Shown here piece after piece: positions 1 to 16,564 of a stretch of DNA of 35,136 nt. The notes under the pieces were generated by a model. That model searched no databases, was not told the origin of the DNA, and was given only the letters and a program-made list of their open reading frames with translations. The DNA is from Guillardia theta CCMP2712 (Eukaryota; Protista; Cryptophyta). The DNA lies in the NCBI RefSeq assembly GCF_000315625.1, contig NW_005434606.1, positions 297,131-332,266 on the forward strand, given 5' to 3'. Each line of letters starts with the position of its first letter. The stretch's first letter is position 1. The position numbers and the translations under genes were made by a program.

Positions 1-1209
1 CCGTGAGCTCCATGCGGGAGGGCAGGCGATGCATCGAGATAAGGCGACCACATCAAGAGCGAGGCATCGGGTCCGGCCTGCAGGGCGTGTATGAGAGACC
101 TGCCTTGCTGACTGTCTCACCTCGGTCATGGCCCCTCCCGGTACGGTCCGCTCGCGCGCACTCATCTCCATCGTGAGGAGCATGGCAGGTGGGCCCGACT
201 CGCGCTTAGGAGGGCAGCAAGTCAGGAAGGGCGGAGCAGCAATGCAAGACCAAGGAAGGGGGGGTAGGAGGAGATGTCATGGTCGTCAGCAGCTACGGGC
301 CATGGTTGTCTTCGACACTGCTGGTCGGACAGGTCTGGGAGAGAGAGAGTGCAGCCGCTCCCGCAGCTTCTTGATCTGATGCCCGCTGAGGCCATTCGGA
401 TCACTCCTACGATACTGGCAGCACTTATGAGTCTTCCGTGACAAGTTCCTAGACCGTCCCCATACTACCCTTGAGCCATTTACAGTGAGGCTACTATCGT
501 AGTAGGGCTACCGGGCAAGGGTGAGGCAAGGCTACCGTCCGACCGCATGTGCCGGCCCGGCCGGGCATGAACCGATGGCCGTCACTGAGATGCTCACACT
601 GCCGNNNNNNNNNNNNNNNNNNNNNNNNNNNNNNNNNNNNNNNNNNNNNNNNNNNNNNNNNNNNNNNNNNNNNNNNNNNNNNNNNNNNNNNNNNNNNNNN
701 NNNNNNNNNNNNNNNNNNNNNNNNNNNNNNNNNNNNNNNNNNNNNNNTGCGATGCGATTTCACTCTCCGGTATACCCCGACAGGCGTCCGATCCTTCTAT
801 CTGTCCCAAGGTCACGGTACCATTTGTCCGACCTTGGCAAGGTCACGGTACCAACTCCTTCCCTTCTGTATCCCCTGCCAAGCGATGCGATTCACAGCCT
901 CGCACCGGCGTCAGCTCCGTCGTCAGCCGGCCCCGCCCCCTACCGCATAAAAAGGCCCTGCCCCCTTGCTCCTGCACATCACTGCTTCCCCGCTCCTGTA
1001 AGCCCCAGCAAGCTCCCTCCAAGCTCCAGCCTCCCCCCCCCTTTCACACTCGGTCTCCCTTGCCTCCGCCTGTCCTCAAGCCTCCTTCCCTTCTGTCTCC
1101 GCCCCAGAGCCCCCTCCCCTGCTTGTCAGCCCTCCCCGCTGCTCCCCTTCCTCCCTGCTACTCGTCCAAGACCCGCGCTGGCGTGCCCTTGCTCGCTGAT
1201 CGTCTGCTG

Positions 1210-1371
1210 ATGGTGCCATACACGTCGACTCTCACCGCTGACCTCTCCGCCTCCTCCCGCCTGGGCCTTGACGACTCCTCCATCCCGGCCGCCTTCCTCC
1301 AGTACTACGGCTGTAGCCCTACTCCCTGCGTCGTCTCGGACGAGCTCAACCTCGTGACGGACTTCAGGTAG
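1210..1371 (+). CDS. Putative micropeptide, array copy (53 aa unspliced: MVPYTSTLTADLSASSRLGLDDSSIPAAFLQYYGCSPTPCVVSDELNLVTDFR)
   Basis: First ATG downstream of CATAAAAA (946-953); AATAAA at 1451-1456; the ORF is intact in every sequenced copy. Confidence 0.4.
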   Translation: MVPYTSTLTADLSASSRLGLDDSSIPAAFLQYYGCSPTPCVVSDELNLVTDFR

Positions 1372-1912
1372 ACCCTGGACAAGCCTCCGGCGCTGAGAGC
1401 CGCCAGCCTGACGGGCGGCACTAGGCAGGAGGCTGTAGACTATGTACAGGAATAAAGCAACACGTTGCCATGCCTCCCCATCCCCTCTCAGACCCCCCCT
1501 CCCTCTCTCTTTCCCNNNNNNNNNNNNNNNNNNNNNNNNNNNNNNNNNNNNNNNNNNNNNNNNNNNNNNNNNNNNNNNNNNNNNNNNNNNNNNNNNNNNN
1601 NNNNNNNNNNNNNNNCGAGATAAGGCGACCACATCAAGAGCGAGGCATCGGGTCCGGCCTGCAGGGCGTGTATGAGAGACCTGCCTTGCTGACTGTCTCA
1701 CCTCGGTCATGGCCCCTCCCGGTACGGTCCGCTCGCGCGCACTCATCTCCATCGTGAGGAGCATGGCAGGTGGGCCCGTCTAGCGCTTAGGAGGGCAGCA
1801 AGTCAGGGAGGGNNNNNNNNNNNNNNNNNNNNNNNNNNNNNNNNNNNNNNNNNNNNNNNNNNNNNNNNNNNNNNNNNNNNNNNNNNNNNNNNNNNNNNNN
1901 NNNNNNNNNNNN

Positions 1913-6229
<4,317 letters not shown>

Positions 6230-8747
6230 CTCCTTGTCTTCCTCCCCCTAATCCTCTCCTCATCCTCATCCTCCTCCTCCTCCTCCTCCTGCCGCGGGGG
6301 GAAGGGGGGGGGGCGGGGGGGAAGTNNNNNNNNNNNNNNNNNNNNNNNNNNNNNNNNNNNNNNNNNNNNNNNNNNNNNNNNNNNNNNNNNNNNNNNNNNN
6401 NNNNNNNNNNNNNNNNNNNNNNNNNCTGAGGCCATTCGGATCACTCCTACGATACTGGCAGCACTTATGAGTCTTCCGTGACAAGTTCCTAGACCGTCCC
6501 CATACTACCCTTGANNNNNNNNNNNNNNNNNNNNNNNNNNNNNNNNNNNNNNNNNNNNNNNNNNNNNNNNNNNNNNNNNNNNNNNNNNNNNNNNNNNNNN
6601 NNNNNNNNNNNNNNNNNNNNNNNNNNNNNNNNNNNNNNNNNNNNNNNNNNNNNNNNNNNNNNNNNNNNNNNNNNNNNNNNCACTCCCGGCGGGCCCGGGT
6701 AACGAGAAACCTTCGAATGACGCCGCCACTGCCGTAGCAGTGCGTGACCGGCCCGTGACGAGGTGCAAAGCAAGATGCGGTTGATGATGCGATGCGATTT
6801 CACTCTCCGGTATACCCCGACAGGCGTCCGATCCTTCTATCTGTCCCAAGGTCACGGTACCATTTGTCCGACCTTGGCAAGGTCACGGTACCAACTCCTT
6901 CCCTTCTGTATCCCCTGCCAAGCGATGCGATTCACAGCCTCGCACCGGCGTCAGCTCCGTCGTCAGCCGGCCCCGCCCCTCTACCGCATAAAAAGGCTCT
7001 GCCCCCCTTGCTCCTGCACATCACTGCTTCCCCGCTCCTGTAAGCCCCAGCAAGCTCCCTCCAAGCTCCNNNNNNNNNNNNNNNNNNNNNNNNNNNNNNN
7101 NNNNNNNNNNNNNNNNNNNNNNNNNNNNNNNNNNNNNNNNNNNNNNNNNNNNNNNNNNNNNNNNNNNNNNNNNNNNNNNNNNNNNNNNNNNNNNNNNNNN
7201 NNNNNNNNNNNNNNNNNNNNNNNNNNNNNNNNNNNNNNNNNNNNNNNNNNNNNNNNNNNNNNNNNNNNNNNNNNNNNNNNNNNNNNNNNNNNNNNNNNNN
7301 NNNNNNNNNNNNNNNNNNNNNNNNNNNNNNNNNNNNNNNNNNNNNNNNNNNNNNNNNNNNNNNNNNNNNNNNNNNNNNNNNNNNNNNNNNNNNNNNNNNN
7401 NNNNNNNNNNNNNNNNNNNNNNNNNNNNNNNNNNNNNNNNNNNNNNNNNNNNNNNNNNNNNNNNNNNNNNNNNNNNNNNNNNNNNNNNNNNNNNNNNNNN
7501 NNNNNNNNNNNNNNNNNNNNNNNNNNNNNNNNNNNNTTTCCCGCACCGATACTGGCCCGTGAGCAGGACCGTGAGCTCCATGCGGGGAGGGCAGGCGATG
7601 CATCGAGATAAGGCGACCACATCAAGAGCGAGGCATCGGGTCCGGCCTGCAGGGCGTGTATGAGAGACCTGCCTTGCTGACTGTCTCACTTCGGTCATGG
7701 CCCCTCCCGGTACGGTCCGCTCGCGCGCACTCATTTCCATCGTGAGGAGCATGGCAGGTGGGCCCGTCTAGCGCTTAGGAGGGCAGCAAGTCAGGGAGGG
7801 CGGAGAACTGAGCAATGCAAGACCAAGGCGGGGGGCAGGGGGGGGGGGGTCGGAGGAGATGTCATGGTCGTCAGAAGCTACGGGCCATGGATGTCCCCGA
7901 CACTGCTGGTCGGACAGGTCTGGGAGAGCCTGACGGAGAGAGTGTGCAGCCGCACCCGCAGCTTCAGTTCTTGATCTGATGCCCGCTGAGGCCATACGGA
8001 TCGCTCCTACGATACTGGCAGCACGTCCCCATTCTTGAGCCCGGTCATTTACAGTGAGGCTACTATCGTAGTAGGGCTACCGGGCTAGGCTACTGTCGGC
8101 GGCGATCCGACCGCGGCATGTCTCGTGTGCCGGCCCGGCCGGGCATGAACCGATGGCCGTCACTGAGATGCTCACACTGTCCGATCTCTACAAGCGGCCC
8201 CGTCCGAGCCCAGGCCGTCACTCCCGGGTAACGAGAAACTTCCGAATGAGTGTCACGAGGTGCCAAGCAACATGAAGTTGATCAAGCGATGCGATTTCAC
8301 TCTCCGGTATACCCCGAGTGTGACAGGCGTCCGATCCTTCTATCTGTCCCAAGGTCACGGTACCATTTGTCCGACCTTGGCAAGGTCACGGTACCAACTC
8401 CTTCGCTTCTGTATCCCCTGCCAAGCGATGCGATTCACAGCCTCGAACCGGCGTCAGCTCCGCCGTCAGCCGGCCCCGCCCCCTACCGCATAAAAAGGCC
8501 CTGCCCCCTTGCTCCTGCACATCACTGCTTCCCCGCTCCTGTAAGCCCCAGCAAGCTCCCTCCAAGCTCCAGCCTCCCCCCCTTTCACACTCGGTCTCCC
8601 TTGCCTCCGCCTGTCCTCAAGCCTCCTTCCCTTCTGTCTCCGCCCCAGAGCCCCCTCTGCTTGTCAGCCCTCCCCGCTGCTCCCCTTCCTCCCTGCTACT
8701 CGCCCAAGACCCGCGCTGGCGTGCCCTTGCTCGCTGATCGTCTGCTG

Positions 8748-8997
8748 ATGGTGCCATACACGTCGACTCTCACCGCTGACCTCTCCGCCTCCTCCCGCCT
8801 GGGCCTTGACGACTCCTCCATCCCGGCCGTCTTCCTCCAGTACTACGGCTGTAGCCCTACTCCCTGCGTCGTCTNNNNNNNNNNNNNNNNNNNNNNNNNN
8901 NNNNNNNNNNNNNNNNNNNNNNNNNNNNNNNNNNNNNNNNNNNNNNNNNNNNNNNNNNNNNNNNNNNNNNNNNNACCTCGTGACGGACTTCAGGTAG
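8748..8997 (+). CDS. Putative micropeptide, array copy (interrupted by a 100-N gap)
   Basis: Same ATG and TAG context as the other copies; gap at 8875-8974. Confidence 0.35.
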
Positions 8998-9917
8998 ACC
9001 CTGGACAAGCCTCCGGCGCTGAGAGCCTCGCCAGCCCGACGGGCGGCACTAGGCAGGAGGCTGTAGACTATGTACAGGAATAAAGCAACACGTTGCCATG
9101 CCTCCCCATCCCCTCCCAGCCCCCCCCTCCCTCCCTCTTTCCCGCACCGATACTGGCCGTGAGCAGGAACGTGAGCTCCATGCGGGAGGGCAGGCGATGC
9201 ATCGAGATAAGGCGACCACATCAAGAGCGAGGCATCGGGTCCGGCCTGGGGGGGGTGTATGAGAGACCTGCCTTGCTGGCTGTCTCACCTCTGCATGGCC
9301 CCTCTCGGTACGGGCCGCACGTGGGCACTCATCTCCATCGTGGGGAGCATGACAGGTGGGCCCGTCTCGCGCTTAGGAGGNNNNNNNNNNNNNNNNNNNN
9401 NNNNNNNNNNNNNNNNNNNNNNNNNNNNNNNNNNNNNNNNNNNNNNNNNNNNNNNNNNNNNNNNNNNNNNNNNNNNNNNNCCGACACTGCTGGTCGGACA
9501 GGTCTGGGAGAGAGAGAGTGCAGCCGCTCCCGCAGCTTCTTGATCTGATGCCCGCTGAGGCCATTCGGATCACTCCTACGATACTGGCAGCACTTATGAG
9601 TCTTCCGTGACAAGTTCCTAGACCGTCCCCATACTACCCTTGAGCCATTTACAGTGAGGCTACTATCGTAGTAGGGCTACCGGGCAAGGGTGAGGCAAGG
9701 CTACCGTCCGACCGCATGTGCCGGCCCGGCCGGGCATGAACCGATGGCCGTCACTGAGATGCTCACACTGCCGCGACTCCACAAGCCCCGTCCGAGTGGC
9801 CCAGGCCGTCACTCCCGGCGGGCCCGGGTAACGAGAAACCTTCGAATGACGCCGCCACTGCCGTAGCAGTGCGTGACCGGCCCGTGACGAGGTGCAAAGC
9901 AAGATGCGGTTGATGAT

Positions 9918-10123
9918 GCGATGCGATTTCACTCTCCGGTATACCCCGACAGGCGTCCGATCCTTCTATCTGTCCCAAGGTCACGGTACCATTTGTCCGA
10001 CCTTGGCAAGGTCACGGTACCAACTCCTTCCCTTCTGTATCCCCTGCCAAGCGATGCGATTCACAGCCTCGCACCGGCGTCAGCTCCGTCGTCAGCCGGC
10101 CCCGCCCCTCTACCGCATAAAAA
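9918..10123 (+). promoter_or_regulatory. Putative Pol II promoter of the array unit (representative copy)
   Basis: GCGATGCGATT twice (9918, 10051) flanks CAAGGTCACGGTACCA twice (9976, 10007), followed by CCCCGCCCC and CATAAAAA. A gtaag donor-like site lies about 45 nt further on. The layout is conserved in all six visible copies. Confidence 0.45.
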
Positions 10124-10375
10124 GGCTCTGCCCCCCTTGCTCCTGCACATCACTGCTTCCCCGCTCCTGTAAGCCCCAGCAAGCTCCCTCCAAGCTCCAG
10201 CCTCCCCCCCTTTCACACTCGGTCTCCCTTGCCTCCGCCTGTCCTCAAGCCTCCTTCCCTTCTGTCTCCGCCCCAGAGCCCCCTCTGCTTGTCAGCCCTC
10301 CCCGCTGCTCCCCTTCCTCCCTGCTACTCGCCCAAGACCCGCGCTGGCGTGCCCTTGCTCGCTGATCGTCTGCTG

Positions 10376-10537
10376 ATGGTGCCATACACGTCGACTCTCA
10401 CCGCTGACCTCTCCGCCTCCTCCCGCCTGGGCCTTGACGACTCCTCCATCCCGGCCGTCTTCCTCCAGTACTACGGCTGTAGCCCTACTCCCTGCGTCGT
10501 CTCGGACGAGCTCAACCTCGTGACGGACTTCAGGTAG
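10376..10537 (+). CDS. Putative micropeptide, array copy (53 aa; 23 aa MYYGCSPTPCVVSDELNLVTDFR if 10379-10468 is an intron)
   Basis: ATG|gtgcca...cttcctccag|TAC could be an in-frame 90-nt intron. CATAAAAA at 10116-10123, AATAAA at 10619-10624. Confidence 0.4.
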   Translation: MVPYTSTLTADLSASSRLGLDDSSIPAVFLQYYGCSPTPCVVSDELNLVTDFR

Positions 10538-11913
10538 ACCCTGGACAAGCCTCCGGCGCTGAGAGCCTCGCCAGCCCGACGGGCGGCACTAGGCAGGAGG
10601 CTGTAGACTATGTACAGGAATAAAGCAACACGTTGCCATGCCTCCCCATCCCCTCCCAGCCCCCCCCTCCCTCCCTCTTTCCCGCACCGACACTGGCCGT
10701 GAGCAGGACCGTGAGCTCCATGCGGGAGGGCAGGCGATGCATCGAGATAAAGGCGACCACATCAAGAGCGAGGCATCGGGTCCCGGCCTGCAGGGCGTGA
10801 GAGACCTGCCTTGCTGACTGTCTCACCTCGGTCATGGGCCCCTCCCGGTACGGTCCGCTCGCGCGCACTCATCTCCATCGTGAGGAGCATGGCAGGTGGG
10901 CCCGTCTAGCGCTTAGGAGGGCAGCAAGTCAGGGAGGGCGGAGAACTGAGCAATGCAAGACCAAGGCGGGGGGCAGGGGGGGGGGGGGCGGAAGAGATGT
11001 CATGGTCGTCAGAAGCTACGGGCCATGGATGTCCCCGACACTGCTGGTCGGACAGGTCTGGGAGAGCCTGACGGAGAGAGTGTGCAGCCGCACCCGCAGC
11101 TTCAGTTCTTGATCTGATGCCCGCTGAGGCCATATTGATCGCCCCCACCATACTGGCAGCTTGTCCCCATTCTTGAGCCCGGTCATTTACAGTGAGGCTA
11201 CTATCGTAGTAGGGCTACCGGGCTAGGCTACTGTCGGCGGCGATCCGACCGCGGCATGTCACGTGTGCCGGCCCGGCCGGGCATGAACTTCGGAACCGAT
11301 GGCCGTCACTGAGATGCTCACACTGCCGCGACTCTACAAGCTCCGTCCGAGCCCAGGCCGTCACTCCCGGCTAACGAGAAACCTTCGAATGACGCCGCCA
11401 GTAGCAGCGCATGACCGGGTCACGAGGTGCAAAGCAACATGCGGTTGATCAAGCGATGCGATTTTACTCCCCGGTATACCCCGACAGGCGTCCGATCCTT
11501 CTATCTGTCCCAAGGTCACGGTACCATTTGTCCGACCTTGGCAAGGTCACGGTACCAACTCCTTGACTTCCGAGTGTATCCCCTTCCAAGCGATGCGATT
11601 CACAGCCTCGCGCCGGCGTCAGCTCCGCCGTCAGCCGGCCCCGCCCCCTACCGCATAAAAAGGCCCTGCCCCCTTGCTCCTGCACATCACTGCTTCCCCG
11701 CTCCTGTAAGCCCCAGCAAGCTCCCTCCAAGCTCCAGCCTCCCCCCCTTTCACACTCGGTCTCCCGTTGCGCTCCGCTGTCCTCAAGCCTCCTTCCCTTC
11801 TGTCTCCGCCCCAGAGCCCCCTCTGCTTGTCAGCCCTCCCCGCTGCTCCCCTTCCTCCCTGCTACTCGTCCAAGACCCGCGCTGGCGTGCCCTTGCTCGC
11901 TGATCGTCTGCTG

Positions 11914-12075
11914 ATGGTGCCATACACGTCGACTCTCACCGCTGACCTCTCCGCCTCCTCCCGCCTGGGCCTTGACGACTCCTCCATCCCGGCCGTCTTC
12001 CTCCAGTACTACGGCTGTAGCCCTACTCCCTGCGTCGTCTCGGACGAGCTCAACCTCGTGACGGACTTCAGGTAG
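11914..12075 (+). CDS. Putative micropeptide, array copy
   Basis: Same translation as the copy at 10376. Confidence 0.4.
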   Translation: MVPYTSTLTADLSASSRLGLDDSSIPAVFLQYYGCSPTPCVVSDELNLVTDFR

Positions 12076-13533
12076 ACCCTGGACAAGCCTCCGGCGCTGA
12101 GAGCCCCGCCAGCCCGACGGGCGGCACTAGGCAGGAGGCTGTAGACTATGTACAGGAATAAAGCAACACGTTGCCATGCCTCCCCATCCCCTCCCAGCCC
12201 GCCCCCCCCCCTCCCTTTTCCCCACACCCACTCTGGCCGTGAACAGGACCGTGAGCTCCATGCGGGAGGGCAGGCGATGCATCGAGATAAGGCGACCACA
12301 TCAAGAGCGAGGCATCGGGTCCAGCCTGGAGGGCGTGAGAGACCTGCCTTGCTGACTGTCTCACCTCGGTCATGGCCCCTCCAGGTACGGTACGGTCCGC
12401 TCGCGCGCACTCATCTCCATCGTGAGGAGCATGGCAGGTGGGCCCGTCTAGCGCTCAGGAGGGCAGCAAGTCAGGGAGGGCGGAGAACTGAGCAATGCAA
12501 GACCAAGGCGGGGGGCAGGGGGGGGGGGGGTCGGAGGAGATGTCATGGTCGTCAGAAGCTACGGGCCATGGATGTCCCGACACTGCTGGTCGGACAGGTC
12601 TGGGAGAGAGAGAGTGCAGCCGCTCCCGCAGCTTCTTGATCTGATGCCCGTCGCAGTGAGCCATGCGGATCAAGTTGCTTCTACCAAACAGCCAGCACTT
12701 ATGCCTGAGTAAGTTGCTAGACCGTCCCCATACTACACTTGAGCCATTTACAGTGAGGCTACTACCAGGGCTTGCCGGGCTAGGCCACCGTCCGGCCGGG
12801 ATGTGCCCGGCCCGGTCCGGCCGGGCAAGAGTTGATCCGGATGGCCGTCACTGAGATCAGATGCTAAAACTGCCGCGACCGTACGGTCCGATCTCTACAA
12901 GCGGCCCCGTCCGAGCCCAGGCCGTCACTCCCGGCTAACGAGAAACTTCCGAATGAGTGTCACGAGGTGCCAAGCAACATGAAGTTGATGAAGCGATGCG
13001 ATTTCACTCTCCGGTATACCCCGACAGGCGTCCGATCCTTCTATATGTCCCAAGGTCACGGTACCATTTGTCCGACCTTGGCAAGGTCACGGTACCAACT
13101 CCTTCGCTTCTGTATCCCCTGCCAAGCGATGCGATTCACAGCCTCGCGCCGGCGTCAGCTCCGCCGTCAGCCGGCCCCGCCCCCTACCGCATAAAAAGGC
13201 CCTGCCCCCTTGCTCCTGCACATCACTGCTTCCCCGCTCCTGTAAGCCCCAGCAAGCTCCCTCCAAGCTCCAGCCTCCCCCCCCTTTCACACTTGGTCTC
13301 TCTTGCCTCCGCCTGTCCTCAAGCCTCCTTTCCTTCTGTCTCCGCCCTAGAGCCCCCTCTGCTTGTCAGCCCTCNNNNNNNNNNNNNNNNNNNNNNNNNN
13401 NNNNNNNNNNNNNNNNNNNNNNNNNNNNNNNNNNNNNNNNNNNNNNNNNNNNNNNNNNNNNNNNNNNNNNNNNNCTCCCTGCTACTCGTCCAAGACCCGC
13501 GCTGGCGTGCCCTTGCTCGCTGATCGTCTGCTG

Positions 13534-13695
13534 ATGGTGCCATACACGTCGACTCTCACCGCTGACCTCTCCGCCTCCTCCCGCCTGGGCATTGACGACT
13601 CCTCCATCCCGGCCGTCTTCCTCCAGTACTACGGCTGTAGCCCTACTCCCTGCGTCGTCTCGGACGAGCTCAACCTCGTGACGGACTTCAGGTAG
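13534..13695 (+). CDS. Putative micropeptide, array copy (L-to-I variant, GIDD)
   Basis: One substitution relative to the copy at 10376. Confidence 0.4.
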   Translation: MVPYTSTLTADLSASSRLGIDDSSIPAVFLQYYGCSPTPCVVSDELNLVTDFR

Positions 13696-14329
13696 ACCCT
13701 GGACAAGCCTCCGGCGCTGAGAGCCCCGCCAGCCCGACGGGCGGCACTAGGCAGGAGGCTGTAGACTATGTACAGGAATAAAGCAACACGTTGCCATGCC
13801 TCCCCATCCCCTCCCAGCCCCCCCCTCCCTCCCTCTTTCCCGCACCGACACTGGCCGTGAGCAGGACCGTGAGCTCCATGCGGGAGGGCAGGCGATGCAT
13901 CGAGATAAGGCGACCACATCAAGAGCGAGGCATCGGGTCCAGCCTGGAGGGCGTGAGAGACCTGCCTTGCTGACTGTCTCACCTCGGTCATGGCCCCTCC
14001 AGGTACGGTCCGCTCGCGCGCACTCATCTCCATCGTGAGGAGCATGGCAGGTGGGCCCGTCTAGCGCTTAGGAGGGCAGCAAGTCAGGGAGGGCGGAGAA
14101 CTGAGCAATGCAAGGGGGGGGAGTAGGAGGAGTTGTCCGATGCCAGGTCGTCAGCAGCTACGGGCCATGGAGTGCAGCCGCTCCCGCAGCTTCTTGATCT
14201 GATGCAGGCAGCACTTATGAGTCTCCGGAAGTTTCCGGCGTTCCTTGATCAATTCTTTTACTGTGACTACTTCACTTGTGCCATTTACAACATGAGTCAA
14301 TCTCAGAGTGAGAGACCGACAGTCACGCG

Positions 14330-14900
14330 CCGGTCAGAGAGTCCCGGTTACTGCCTTGGAGCTTGATAGTCCTCCGGCACTCCGACTCGGAGGGCCTCGG
14401 CGGAGCGGGCCCGCGCGCCGTACTCTGCGGCGGCCCATGCCGCTTCACCGTGCCGAGTGCCGGGCCGCAGTGCCGTGCGGCGGCCGCGCCCGGCACTGAG
14501 CGCCGAGCCTGGCAACGGAGTTCCGAGTTCCGATCGCCGGGCCCGCCGGGACGGCCCGTCCAGGCACTGCGGCAGCCCGCGGCCCATCATGCCGTTCAGC
14601 CCCGGGGTCGGACCGTACCGTACTTCTAAGTTCACATTTTAGTCACTGACTCCGACAGTGTACGGTGCGGCGCCCGGCCGTACGGCCAGCCGGGTACGGC
14701 CAGCCCGGCGCTGAGCCTCGGAGCGGACCGGGCCGGACCGCCGGGCCCATGTCCGTCTAGCCCGTCACGTACGGTACTATACCGCCGGTAGCCTCCCCGG
14801 CGTTCAACCATGGCATCTCACTGAGAGACTGGCTGGTCCGAGGGCGATCGGACGGTCGGATCATTCCCGTCCCGTAAAGAGATCGGATCGATCTCATGGG
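14330..14900. other. Very GC/CpG-rich non-coding tract with many short palindromes (ccgg, cgtacg, gatc, gggccc)
   Basis: Composition read directly; the ORFs here are Arg/Pro/Gly-rich noise. A similar tract lies at 30800-31600. Confidence 0.6.
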
Positions 14901-16510
14901 TCGCAATACGCTCTGATCCTCCCTAGGAAGGGTGCTAGTAAGTCACGGGCTCATATGGAGACTCCTAGGACCTGCCGTAAAATGACTGTTTTTCTCGAAA
15001 AAGGAATTTTTCGCCTGAATTTTGAAGTACCCTACCCACAGCTAGAACGAGAACTAGGGGTAGTGGTCATGGTGGATAATCCTCAGGAGTAATGGGGTCA
15101 GGTGGGTCCTATTTGTAGCCAGGGGTACTTGTAGGGAATAGTGGGGGTACCCGGTCGTGATGAAGCCATCAAAAAAACAAATTATCCAAGAGCTGTGCTT
15201 TCGGTCAACTATGCAAAAAAGGAGGGTATTTTAAGATTTCTACAATGATATAGTTTGTCCACCCACCCTTCGCTCCCAAGGAAAGCCCTTTCAGTGGAGT
15301 TTCAAAAAGGTCAGTAGGTGGGTAGGTCCAAATTATTGAATGTTAAATTGAAAATTGATTGATTTGTTCATTACAACCCCATTTTTTCAGTTACAAAAGA
15401 GGGGTACCCAAATAGTTTGAGAGTTTCTCCTTGAATTTTCGATGTCGCTCCTCCAAAGTGTTTTCCTGTCTTGAGTTATTCGAGAGCGACGATGAGGGTG
15501 AAAGATGGGGGTAGGGTGAAGCTGAAATGTGGAAGTTGAGGGGTGGGGTACTTCACTTCCAGGTAGACCCAGGTTGCTGGAGAATTTGGGGGGGTTAAAG
15601 CTAGGGAGGACCCCTAGGAGGGTGGGGTACACGCTGCTGCTTGGCTAGGAGTCAAAGGAATTGGGGGGTAGGGGGTGGGAATCATGGGGTGTTGAAATTT
15701 GGGGTGGGTTGACAAAAGCAGGGAGGGGGTGGATAATAGGTAGGGGTCGACGAGGCGATGGCACCAGGGATGGCGTCGACCGACGAGGTAAGGAGGAGGC
15801 GGAGAGCCGCTGGGGAGGTTTCGAGATCGAGGAGATCATGGTAGGATGGAGGGATGGAGGGACTTGTATCCTTCAGACATGCTGTATGAGGGAGATGATT
15901 GCTATCAAGGAGGAGGAGGGCGGAAAAGGGGGCGGGGGTCGTGGTGATTTTATCGACGTGGTCGGGATTGGTCGGAGGAATTCATATTCGAAGGGTTGAG
16001 ATGAAAGCATAGAAAGGAGGAAGAACATTCTGCATGCTGTCTGTTCGAAAGCGTCAGAGGAGTCCCAGGGCTTGTAGGATGAGGGAGATTTGATGCAGCG
16101 AAATGTAGATGCGTATAAGCTTGCTCGCTGTAATCCGATGCTGTCATATACAAGATAGAAGATGGAAATCACCTCTTCTTCGACTGCCTTTTCTGTACAG
16201 TGCTGACTTGAATACTCTTCCAGCAGCCCAGACTTAATTTGGGGAGCTTTCATCTTGTGCAAGAAATGCCTCAGGTTGGAGGCGCGAGTGGGATAGTTTG
16301 TAGGATGAGATCAAGTCAAACCGGATCGGAATGTGTCTTCAAGCTTCTCGCTCTCCCTCTCCGCCAAGACGGTGTGGTGGCATGAGAGGAGAAATGCTCT
16401 CGATGATACCGTGGCATGCAGAAGTGATGAGGTGCTTGGAAGGGATTAGGAAAGCATGGTCTGCTGCAGGTGGGCACTCGATGAAAACTCTTTCCTGTAT
16501 TGTTGAATGA

Positions 16511-16564
16511 TTCCTTCAACATCTCTTACATCTCCAGAGTTCCTTCAACATCTCTTACATCTCC
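16511..16564. repeat. Direct duplication of ttccttcaacatctcttacatctcc (period 29)
   Basis: Two exact 25-nt copies separated by agag. Confidence 0.9.

Noticed and set aside
8250-9083. Long Pro/Ser-rich ORF through the array unit
   Set aside because: Open in one copy only; indels break it in other copies, and it runs through the TATA-like box and pyrimidine tract.
10440-10537. Resemblance of the array peptide (P..GCS..P..DEL) to cryptophyte phycobiliprotein alpha subunits (AP.I.IFDHRGC..DDEM.V)
   Set aside because: FDxR is absent, spacing differs and there is no targeting presequence; probably chance.
15800-15915. FEIEEIMVG..MIAIKE as the missing kinase N-lobe
   Set aside because: No proper GxGxxG, no supporting splice path to 16684, and the ORF lies in G-rich low-complexity sequence.
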